The translations under genes were made by a program, and so were the position numbers. This document shows, piece after piece, positions 25,201 through 32,912 of a stretch of 64,000 nt of DNA (position 1 is its first letter; each line of letters begins with the position of its first letter). The notes beneath the pieces are model-generated. The model was not told the origin of the DNA. It saw only the letters and a list, made by a program, of their open reading frames with translations, and ran no database searches. The stretch comes from Candidatus Staskawiczbacteria bacterium (GTDB taxonomy: Bacteria; Patescibacteriota; Minisyncoccia; Minisyncoccales; Staskawiczbacteraceae): contig JAPLZC010000006.1 in NCBI GenBank assembly GCA_026395215.1, forward strand, positions 8,081-72,080, read 5' to 3'.

Positions 25201-26001
25201 GGGACTTGTTCGGCAACTTGTGGAGGTGGAACACAGACTAGGACTTGTACAAATCCAACTCCAGCTAATGGAGGTGCTACGTGTGTAGGTGAAACAAGCC
25301 AAACATGTAATCCACAATCGTGTGGTGGAGGTGGAGGGGGAGGAATAACGTTGGCTCCGGAATTGATGATTTCGGGAATTGCTTCTACGGGTGTTACAAC
25401 AGATACATTGACTCTTACATGGACAACTAACTTGCCTGCTAGCAGTTATGTAATTTACTCGGCAGAAGGTGAAAATCATACATTAAATATGGCAGATAAT
25501 GCTGGGACACCGCCATTGTTTGGATATGCTCACGCAACAGCAGAGCTTGATACAGATCCAAAGGTTACATCGCACACAGTAGTAATTACAGGTTTAACAC
25601 CTTTTACAAATTATTACTTTAGAACAGTTTCAAGAGGGTCATTGGCCGTTAGTGGAGAATATAAAGTAACAACTCCAGCGGTATTGGCAGCAGCAACTGT
25701 GGCAGCTGCCTCAGAAGAGGTGAGCGTTGCCCCAGAGGGTGCAGAAAACAATGGTGCAACAATTGCTCCTCAAATTGAAGAGGTGGCAGGGACAGAGGCA
25801 GTTAGTCAAACAGAAGTTCAAACAGAAACTCCAGCAGAAACAGTAGTGGGAGAAAATCAAGCTACAGATGATTCCAATCTATATGCAGCTGGATTTATGG
25901 GAGCTGCTGGTAAATATTTCTGGCCGTTGTTAATTATATTAATAATTGTTATAATAGGGTACGGAGTTTACTACTTTATAATTAAGAGAAAGAAAAAATA
26001 A
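22248..26001 (+). pseudogene. giant surface/adhesin-like protein interrupted by a frameshift at a G9 tract (signal-anchor exon 22248-22487, body 22447-26001)
   Basis: The N-terminal ORF has a signal/TM segment. The body has 2 N-terminal repeat modules, Ig-like, HYR-like and about 5 DUF5011-like Ig repeats, a TSP1 repeat, an FN3-like domain, an Ala/Glu linker and a C-terminal TM plus KRKKK. The repeat-module alignment continues across the frameshift. Confidence 0.75.
22452..22460 (+). repeat. G9 homopolymer at the frameshift point of the giant surface protein
   Basis: Nine consecutive G. Removing one G (or adding two) fuses ..[10 protein letters not shown] to [10 protein letters not shown].. 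in frame. Confidence 0.9.
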
Positions 26002-26005
26002 AAAT

Positions 26006-26176
26006 ATGGAAGAAATACCGGGAAAATATTTTGCGGCGGATTTGGGGGGGGCTGATTTGATGGACGTAGCTTCAAAACACCCTGTGGTGTTTTGGGTAAT
26101 ATTTGTTGTGGTGGTTGTTGTTGGGATAGGATACGGCATTTATTACTTAGCCAAAAGAAAAAAGGCACAAGACTAA
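26006..26176 (+). CDS. small C-terminally anchored protein (56 aa, not in the ORF track)
   Basis: ATG lies 5 nt after the giant gene stop. Sequence MEEIPGKYFAADLGGADLMDVASKHPVVFWVIFVVVVVVGIGYGIYYLAKRKKAQD mirrors the giant protein C-terminus (GKYF...[14 protein letters not shown]). Contains an in-frame G8 tract at 26044-26051. Confidence 0.45.
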   Translation: MEEIPGKYFAADLGGADLMDVASKHPVVFWVIFVVVVVVGIGYGIYYLAKRKKAQD

Positions 26177-26191
26177 TTATTATAAAAAAAG

Positions 26192-26224
26192 ACAGTCCTT
26201 TGACAAGTTCGGGACTGTTTTTTT
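26192..26224 (+). terminator. rho-independent terminator after the surface-protein locus
   Basis: acagtcc/ggactgt stem followed by a T7 run. Confidence 0.75.
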
Positions 26225-26342
26225 GTTTTACGACGTACATCTTGACATAATTTTTAATAAGAGTAGAATTGATGAAAATGCGTTTGTTGTGTTGTTCGTT
26301 GTAAACGGGAAAGTGAGTTAAACTCTACGAAAGGTTAAACCA

Positions 26343-26603
26343 ATGAAAGCAACAGTAGTTAAGTCACGGGAAGAGTTTCTTGAAGCCTATAAAGACGTTT
26401 ATAAAGACGCGGGGGAGCTTATTGAAGGGAGGCGTTGGGTCAAGCTCAAAGAGACTGGCCGAATGTTTCACGTTCTTGCAGACGACAGTCCCGCATATAA
26501 ACAAACCTATACATGGGTTGGAGATTATTCCGAAGGACTCGCTCCAGCCAGAGAGGATATGGATCCATCCCTGATTAACCACAATGGTATAATAACAGAC
26601 TAG
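26343..26603 (+). CDS. hypothetical protein, GC-richer cassette f (86 aa)
   Basis: Promoter TTGACA 26242-26247, 16-nt spacer, TAGAAT 26264-26269. GAAAGG lies 8 nt before the ATG. The C-terminal YSEGLAPAR..INHNGIITD weakly resembles a WG-type repeat. Confidence 0.55.
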   Translation: MKATVVKSREEFLEAYKDVYKDAGELIEGRRWVKLKETGRMFHVLADDSPAYKQTYTWVGDYSEGLAPAREDMDPSLINHNGIITD

Positions 26604-26622
26604 ACGTGTTGTTTAGTAGTTC

Positions 26623-26647
26623 AGGTCCTCAATGAGGACTTTTTTTA
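26623..26647 (+). terminator. rho-independent terminator after cassette f
   Basis: gtcctc/gaggac stem, AAT loop, T7 run. Confidence 0.8.
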
Positions 26648-26674
26648 TTCACAAAATTTTGGTAAGGTTGAGTT

Positions 26675-27316
26675 ATGAAAAAAGAAATTGAGTGGTACCC
26701 ACAGCCTCAAGAATATGCAATTGGATTTGTAGAGTTTTTGGGTTGCAAAATTGATTTATCTAGTAGGCCATTGATTCCGCGTCCTGAAACCGAATTCTGG
26801 GTAGAAAAGGCGATAGAGGTAATACATCATAATATCCACGGCCGTGGGAAATATGATGTAAGAGTTTTAGACATGTTTGCGGGGTCTGGGTGCATTGGCA
26901 TGGCAGTTTTAAAACATGTTAAAAATGCAAAAGTAACTTTTGCCGACAAATATAAATATTTTGATAGTCCAAATTTTATTAAGTCAGATGTTTTTAGCAA
27001 TATAAGAGATAAATACGACTTCATTTTTGCTAACCCGCCATATATTCCAACAAAAAATAAAAGCAAAGTAGGGAAGTCGGTTTTGAAATATGAGCCCAAA
27101 ACAGCATTGTTTGGTGGGCCAGATGGACTTTTTTATATAGATAAATTTTTACGTGGCGTGAAAAAACATTTAAATACTAATGGGCAAATTTTTATGGAGT
27201 TTTCTCCCGAACAAAAAACAGCAGTGGGGAAGTTGACTAAAAAATACGGATATAAGAACTACGAATTTCATAAGGACCAATTCAATAGATGGCGATGGGT
27301 GAGTATCTTTAATTGA
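26675..27316 (+). CDS. prmC: HemK/PrmC-family N5-glutamine methyltransferase (short form)
   Basis: SAM motif DMFAGSGCIG and catalytic NPPY (FIFANPPYIPT). 213 aa. Confidence 0.65.
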   Translation: MKKEIEWYPQPQEYAIGFVEFLGCKIDLSSRPLIPRPETEFWVEKAIEVIHHNIHGRGKYDVRVLDMFAGSGCIGMAVLKHVKNAKVTFADKYKYFDSPNFIKSDVFSNIRDKYDFIFANPPYIPTKNKSKVGKSVLKYEPKTALFGGPDGLFYIDKFLRGVKKHLNTNGQIFMEFSPEQKTAVGKLTKKYGYKNYEFHKDQFNRWRWVSIFN

Positions 27317-27411
27317 CAAGAGTTTTTAAAAAAATTATTCTTACATAATCTCATCAGTTTTTTGGTACACAACAGAGCAACCGCTCGTTGAAAAAGACAG
27401 GAGTTGTCTAA

Positions 27412-27660
27412 ATGCACGAGTACAATACGGAAAGTCATCTGCCTAAAATAATGTCGCATTTGCCGGTAATCCCACAAAGGAAACTGCCGTGTAAATTGTC
27501 GGCGAAAAGTAAGCCACGGCGGAAGAAGTCGAAGGGAAGTAATCTGTTAATTATGGAGCTTTCCTGGGATTCTTTGAAAAATCCCGGCGTGGCTAACGCG
27601 TTGGCAGAAAGCAAATTGTTTGCCGATCGATATGCCATCCGGCCCAAGTCGAAAGACTGA
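27412..27660 (+). CDS. hypothetical basic protein, GC-richer cassette g (82 aa)
   Basis: Promoter TTGACA 27313-27318 overlaps the prmC stop, with a 17-nt spacer and TATTCT. AGGAG lies 8 nt before the ATG. Own terminator. Confidence 0.5.
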   Translation: MHEYNTESHLPKIMSHLPVIPQRKLPCKLSAKSKPRRKKSKGSNLLIMELSWDSLKNPGVANALAESKLFADRYAIRPKSKD

Positions 27661-27664
27661 GCAT

Positions 27665-27702
27665 ATCCTCATATTACTGCACAAGTAATTGAGGATTTTT
27701 TT
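27665..27702 (+). terminator. rho-independent terminator after cassette g
   Basis: Nested stems atcctca/tgaggat and attact/agtaat followed by a T7 run. Confidence 0.8.
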
Positions 27703-27744
27703 GTTTGAAAATTTAAAATTGTAAATTGAAAATTAAATCTTGGC

Positions 27745-28449
27745 ATGGTATTATTAAACAATAATATGGACAAGAAGATACAGTTATCGCCAAACTCACT
27801 CAATCTATTTCTCGAGTGTCCGCAGTGTTTTTGGCTGGATAAAAATTTGGGGATTAAGAGGCCGCCTCCATATCCTTATGCTTTAAATTCGACGGTGGAT
27901 GAATTACTGAAAGAAGAGTTTGACACATATAGGCAGAAAAAAATTCCCCACCCGTTGCTTGCCGAAAATAATATAAAGGCGCATTTATTTGAAAATCAGA
28001 AATTATTAAATCAGTGGAGAAATAATCTAGCGGGTGTAAGATATTTTGATGAAGACTTGGAAGCAACTTTATTTGGTGCGGTTGATGATGTATTAGAGTT
28101 TGGTGATGGGAAAATAGCTCCGTTAGATTACAAATCTACAGGAAGCACTGCAGGTAAGGTTTATGACAGATTTCAATTACAGCTTGATACTTACGCGTTT
28201 TTGTTAGAAAAGAACGGTTATAAAATAAAAAATAAGGGTTATTTAGCTTTTTATATAGTTGATAAGAGCAGGGGATTTATTGACAGACTTCCGTTTAGGA
28301 AAGAAATTGTAGAAATAGATACAAATCCGGCAGATGTTTATGAAATTTTTAAGGATGCGGTTGTGTGTTTAAGAAATTCAACTCCGCCTGCACACAGCTT
28401 TGATTGTCAGTTTAAAAAATGGTTAGACGGAGCAAAAACATTTGTATAA
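27745..28449 (+). CDS. PD-(D/E)XK nuclease family protein (RecB/Cas4-like, four Cys)
   Basis: N-terminal CPQC, the central DDV..APLDYKS pattern, and C-terminal Cys pair (VVCLR..FDCQF). Alternative start at 27766. Confidence 0.55.
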   Translation: MVLLNNNMDKKIQLSPNSLNLFLECPQCFWLDKNLGIKRPPPYPYALNSTVDELLKEEFDTYRQKKIPHPLLAENNIKAHLFENQKLLNQWRNNLAGVRYFDEDLEATLFGAVDDVLEFGDGKIAPLDYKSTGSTAGKVYDRFQLQLDTYAFLLEKNGYKIKNKGYLAFYIVDKSRGFIDRLPFRKEIVEIDTNPADVYEIFKDAVVCLRNSTPPAHSFDCQFKKWLDGAKTFV

Positions 28450-28470
28450 TACTAATTTACTAATTCTATA

Positions 28471-28541
28471 CTAATCTACAGAAACACTAATCTACGAATT
28501 CGTATTTTCGCAGATTAGCATAAGATTTGCAGATTAGTATT
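28471..28541 (+). repeat. AT-rich word-palindrome element, family A copy 2 (upstream of the efflux adaptor gene)
   Basis: ctaatctac words at 28471 and 28487. Core tacgaattcgta at 28493-28504. gcagattag at 28510 and 28529. The 3' 30 nt are identical to copy 1. Confidence 0.75.
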
Positions 28542-29951
28542 ATGTTTATGAAAATCAAAAAAAGTTGGATAGTCATAATAATAATTATTTTGTTGCTTGT
28601 TGGGTACTTTTTTATAAAGCCGCTTTTTAAAAGTCCGACAGATGGGCTGGTTACAGAAAAAATTGTGAAGGGCGAAGTTTTGCAGGAGGTTTCTGAAACC
28701 GGAAGCGTAAAGGCAACTGAAGATGTTGGTTTGGGTTTTAAATCAATTGGGAAAGTTTCAAAAATAAATGTTGAGGTGGGCGATAAGGTAAAAAAGGGAG
28801 ATATTTTGGCATCTTTGGATGCTAGTCAAGTTTTAGCTCAATTACAATCAGCCAAATCTGCCTTAGACTATACAACCAGCCAATATGACAGCGGAGTGTC
28901 TTCGGCTAGAGATGATTTGAGGTCAGCTTACAACAGTGCCCTAAATGTTTTGAACGATACCTATACAAAAATTTATAATTCTTATAATGCCGTGGTTGAT
29001 TTGCAAAATACTTATTTTTTAACCACAGACCAAGAAGGAATCGAAGTCCTAAACAGTAAAAATGACATACAAAAAAAGATGTCTGATGTGAAATCGTATC
29101 TAGATCTGGTGCAGGCAAATTCAAATTCTGCCATTGACTCTGCAGTCTCTGTGGTTTTGACCGATTTAGACAGTATTTATAATGATTTAAAAATTATTCG
29201 GGCTCAGTGCGATAGTGGAATTTATTATAATAATGTTTCTTCAACCAGCAAAATCTCTATTGATACTCAAAAAACAAATATAAATACTGCTATTACAAAC
29301 TTAACAGCCTCGCAAACTAGCATAAGCTCTTATAAAATTGCCTTGCAAAAGGCAGAAGATAGCACGGTGGAACAGGCGCAGGCTGATGTGGACTCTTTGC
29401 AGAGCCAGTTAAATGATAATTACCTTGCCAGTCCAATAGATGGAATAATCACCCAAGTAAATATAAAAAAAGGCCAGGTTGCTTCGCCAACTCAGACGGC
29501 AATTAATATGCTTTCTACTGAGCCGTTTCAAGTAAAAGTAGCTATTTATGAGCAAGATGTTGTAAATGTAAAAGTTGGAGATGCTACAAAAGTAAACTTA
29601 GTGGCTTTTCCAAAGCAGACATTTCTCGGAAAAGTTTTGTCAATTGATCCGGCCGAAACTATAATTGATAATGTTGTTTATTATAAAGTGACTATTGAAT
29701 TTCCAAACCAGCCAGATGGAATTAAATCTGGTATGACTGCCGACATTACAATTGAAACCAATAAAGCAGAAAATGTTTTGCGAATTCCTAAGAACGCTGT
29801 TCTGCAAACAAACGGCACTCAAACAGTTCAAATTGCTAAAAATGGACAAATACAAAACGTCACAATTACCACCGGTCTTGAGGGCAATGACTACTTTGAA
29901 GTTTTGTCCGGGCTTAAGGAAGGCGACGAAATTATCACAGGAAAAAAATAG
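28542..29951 (+). CDS. efflux membrane-fusion/adaptor protein (HlyD/MacA family)
   Basis: N-terminal TM helix, lipoyl-like KKGDILASLD, a long coiled-coil middle and beta-barrel C-terminal blocks. Upstream of a MacB-type ABC pair. Confidence 0.75.
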   Translation: MFMKIKKSWIVIIIIILLLVGYFFIKPLFKSPTDGLVTEKIVKGEVLQEVSETGSVKATEDVGLGFKSIGKVSKINVEVGDKVKKGDILASLDASQVLAQLQSAKSALDYTTSQYDSGVSSARDDLRSAYNSALNVLNDTYTKIYNSYNAVVDLQNTYFLTTDQEGIEVLNSKNDIQKKMSDVKSYLDLVQANSNSAIDSAVSVVLTDLDSIYNDLKIIRAQCDSGIYYNNVSSTSKISIDTQKTNINTAITNLTASQTSISSYKIALQKAEDSTVEQAQADVDSLQSQLNDNYLASPIDGIITQVNIKKGQVASPTQTAINMLSTEPFQVKVAIYEQDVVNVKVGDATKVNLVAFPKQTFLGKVLSIDPAETIIDNVVYYKVTIEFPNQPDGIKSGMTADITIETNKAENVLRIPKNAVLQTNGTQTVQIAKNGQIQNVTITTGLEGNDYFEVLSGLKEGDEIITGKK

Positions 29952-29956
29952 AAATT

Positions 29957-30670
29957 ATGACAGATGTGCTGATAAAATTGGAAAATGTGTGGAAGACTTA
30001 TAAGCTGGGAGAAACTCCACTTTCGGTTTTGAGGGGCGTTAATTTGGAAATTACGCAGGGGTCTTTTGTTACAATAATGGGGCCGTCGGGCTCGGGTAAA
30101 TCAACTTTAATGTATATGCTTGGGCTCCTAGATACGCCGTCTCAGGGCAATATTTTGTTACAAGGGCAAGATACTACAAATTTTTCAGAAGATAAGTTGG
30201 CAGAAGTTCGCGGAAAAAGAATTGGATTTATTTTTCAGCAATTTAATTTGCTACAGAACCTGACCGCTTTAGAAAATGTGATGCTGCCAATGATTTTTCA
30301 GGGAATTTCAGAAGGGAAAAGAAAGGAGAAAGCAAAACAGCTTTTAGAATCGGTAAGTTTGGGACATAGAATAAATCACAAGCCCTCAGAAATGTCCGGA
30401 GGAGAACAGCAAAGAATTGCCATTGCCAGGTCCTTGGTAAATGATCCGGAAATTTTAATTGCCGATGAGCCAACAGGAAACCTAGACTCTACAACCGGAA
30501 AGGCAGTTATGGAAATTTTAACAAAACTGCATAGAGAACAGAAGAAAACAATTGTGGTGGTAACTCACGACCCAAACATTGCCAAATACAGCCAAAATGT
30601 AATTCACATACAAGATGGCTTAATTGTTGCAAATCATTTTCAAGAATCAGAAATTTTATGGCAAAAATAG
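29957..30670 (+). CDS. ABC transporter ATP-binding protein (MacB/LolD type)
   Basis: Walker A GPSGSGKST, signature LSGGEQQRIAIARSL and Walker B ILIADEPTGNLD. Confidence 0.9.
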   Translation: MTDVLIKLENVWKTYKLGETPLSVLRGVNLEITQGSFVTIMGPSGSGKSTLMYMLGLLDTPSQGNILLQGQDTTNFSEDKLAEVRGKRIGFIFQQFNLLQNLTALENVMLPMIFQGISEGKRKEKAKQLLESVSLGHRINHKPSEMSGGEQQRIAIARSLVNDPEILIADEPTGNLDSTTGKAVMEILTKLHREQKKTIVVVTHDPNIAKYSQNVIHIQDGLIVANHFQESEILWQK

Positions 30671-31893
30671 ACATTAACAACCTAAAAGAATATTTAAAGA
30701 TTGCTGTTAAAACAATATCCACCAGGCGGATTAGATCTTGGCTTACAACAATTGGAATTGTAATTGGAGTGTTTTTAATTGTTTCTCTTCTTTCTCTTTC
30801 CCAAGGTTTAAAAAATGCTGTTTTGCAACAGTTGAACATGATGGGCAAGGATTTAATTACAATTATGCCCGGAGATATTACAAATGTTTCTTCCATGATG
30901 AGCGGGCAAAAATTAACAGACGCAGATTTAAAAATAATAAAAGAAACTGAAGGTGTTGATATTATTGTGGCCATGGACTATACATCTGTGGTTGCAAGAT
31001 ACGACAATCAAAAGAAAACTGTTTTAATTTATGGAGCTGATTGGAGGAATGATTTGGATATTTTTAAAAATGATATGGGTTGGTCGGTTTCGCAGGGCCA
31101 ATGGCCAAGTCCGGGGAGGGCTGAGGTGGTTGTGGGCAGTATTGTGGCGTCTGATACATTTGGCGGCCTGAGGGTTGGCAATGAGATTGTCATAAAAGGC
31201 AGAAAATTTATAGTTGCCGGAATTTTAAATTCAGTAGGGTCAAAACAGGATGACTCTATGATAGGTGTTGATTCAAATATTTTTCAATCAATTACCGGTG
31301 AACGCAATGGAGCTAAAATGACAATGGCAAAAATAGAAGCAGGATATTCAGCGGATTTTGTTGCTGAAAAATTAAAAAGTAATTTAAATGAAAATAGAAA
31401 GCGTCAGATTGGTCAAAAAGAAAATGATTCTTCTTACACTGTTTTAACCTCGGCAACATTGTCATCAATAGTGGGTAACGTAATGGGCTTGATACAGGCA
31501 GTTATAATTGGCTTTGCATCTATTGCTATAGTTGTTGGCGGTATTGGAATTATGAACACAATGTACACCTCTGTTTCTGAAAGGACAAAAGAGATTGGAA
31601 TTATGAAGGCTATAGGAGCTAAAAACAGGACAATCATAACTATATTTTTGATAGAGTCGGGAATTTTTGGTATGCTGGGCGGAGTTGGAGGAACCTTATT
31701 GGGGCTGATTTTTGCGAAAACAATTGAAATTTATTTTCAGATACATCCATTATTTTATTTACGGGCCGACGTAAGTCCCGGGTTAATTCTGTTTTCCCTT
31801 TCTTTCTCTTTTGTGATTGGATGCGTTTCCGGATATTTTCCTGCTAGAGCTGCCGCAAAATTAAAGCCAGTTGACGCTTTGCGTTATGAATAG
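30658..31893 (+). CDS. ABC transporter permease (FtsX/MacB type)
   Basis: N-terminal TM helix, a large periplasmic domain and a C-terminal FtsX-like three-helix bundle (ERTKEIGIMKAIGA). Confidence 0.85.
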   Translation: MAKIDINNLKEYLKIAVKTISTRRIRSWLTTIGIVIGVFLIVSLLSLSQGLKNAVLQQLNMMGKDLITIMPGDITNVSSMMSGQKLTDADLKIIKETEGVDIIVAMDYTSVVARYDNQKKTVLIYGADWRNDLDIFKNDMGWSVSQGQWPSPGRAEVVVGSIVASDTFGGLRVGNEIVIKGRKFIVAGILNSVGSKQDDSMIGVDSNIFQSITGERNGAKMTMAKIEAGYSADFVAEKLKSNLNENRKRQIGQKENDSSYTVLTSATLSSIVGNVMGLIQAVIIGFASIAIVVGGIGIMNTMYTSVSERTKEIGIMKAIGAKNRTIITIFLIESGIFGMLGGVGGTLLGLIFAKTIEIYFQIHPLFYLRADVSPGLILFSLSFSFVIGCVSGYFPARAAAKLKPVDALRYE

Positions 31894-31931
31894 ATTATGC
31901 TAAAATATAATAATAATTAATTTTTAAAAAT

Positions 31932-32528
31932 ATGTTCAAATTCAATAGGTCCTCCGGCCAGGCTTCAAGATTACTCTTAGTCTTGGCAGTTGTTATTTTA
32001 GTTGCAGTTATAATTGTCTATTTAGTTATGAGAATGGCGGAAAAACCGCCGGCACCTAACTCTGATCCGGCAACAACAATTCCTCAGCCGGTTTACAAAC
32101 AAACGTTGAACAAAATATTATTTTTGTATGAATCTGCTATTGATAGAGGAAATGTATTAAGAGTTTCGCAAATTGCGAGTGGTCAATACAATTCCTATTA
32201 TCAAAAAGATTTTTTTGTATCTAATACGGGAGCAAAATTTATACAAGTTACAATTGGCGCGCAAAACGTTGGCACTGAAAATATAGGACAGGGTGGGTGG
32301 GGACTGGTGAATATTGTTGACTCAGAGGGTAGAAATTTTGTTCCTCTTGATGGATATTCCGTTTCGGCATGGCTTCCAAATCCGGATATGTGCGGGACTT
32401 TACTAAAGCCGGCATTTGACCCAACTCCATGCACTAGAATTTACGAAGTTTCAAAGGTATCGTCGGGATTTAAAATACAAGTTAAAACCGGGGAAAAAAT
32501 GGCGTTAATAGATTTAATTGTTAAATAA
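31932..32528 (+). CDS. membrane-anchored hypothetical protein (possibly DUF4352-like beta domain)
   Basis: N-terminal TM helix. The central GAKFIQVTIGAQNVGTE..IVDSEGRNFVP pattern is present. The family call is weak. Confidence 0.45.
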   Translation: MFKFNRSSGQASRLLLVLAVVILVAVIIVYLVMRMAEKPPAPNSDPATTIPQPVYKQTLNKILFLYESAIDRGNVLRVSQIASGQYNSYYQKDFFVSNTGAKFIQVTIGAQNVGTENIGQGGWGLVNIVDSEGRNFVPLDGYSVSAWLPNPDMCGTLLKPAFDPTPCTRIYEVSKVSSGFKIQVKTGEKMALIDLIVK

Positions 32529-32529
32529 A

Positions 32530-32910
32530 ATGTCATTACAAGATAAAAAAGAAGAATTAGAATCACAGGAAAAACCAGTTCCTTTTGGTGAACAGGCGGT
32601 TGTTGAGCAAGAAAAAATTCCAGAGTCTAAAGAGGCCATTCGTGACGAAAAAGAAGTTTCCGATGAGTTAAAAAGGGAAATTGAATTGATGCAGGTTGAT
32701 GATAGTCTCAAAAAACAAGCAGAGCAAAAGGCAAATAAAATTAGTTTTTTGGCGGATGATGATAAATTGAAGCAATTAATGGCTGTAGCCAGGGAAAAAG
32801 GTGTTGTTTTTGCAATTAAGGTTGCAAAAACAATGAATGATCCTTTTCTGTTAGACACACTACACGATGCTTTAGCTCGTGAAGGATATTATAAGGATTT
32901 TGTTAAATAA
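32530..32910 (+). CDS. hypothetical acidic protein (126 aa)
   Basis: ATG lies 2 nt after the previous stop and the ORF ends 2 nt before the next gene. Start taken at ATG rather than the TTG track start. Confidence 0.45.
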   Translation: MSLQDKKEELESQEKPVPFGEQAVVEQEKIPESKEAIRDEKEVSDELKREIELMQVDDSLKKQAEQKANKISFLADDDKLKQLMAVAREKGVVFAIKVAKTMNDPFLLDTLHDALAREGYYKDFVK

Positions 32911-32912
32911 AA

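Noticed and set aside
26278-26304. Mini-ORFs in other cassette leaders as attenuator peptides: MRLLCCSL at 26278-26304, a 15-codon ORF at 3362, a 23-codon ORF at 38265-38336 and an 11-codon ORF at 2617.
   Set aside because: None has a codon-run bias or a convincing terminator/antiterminator pair like the 11512 leader. Short ATG-to-stop frames are expected by chance in 100-200-nt leaders.
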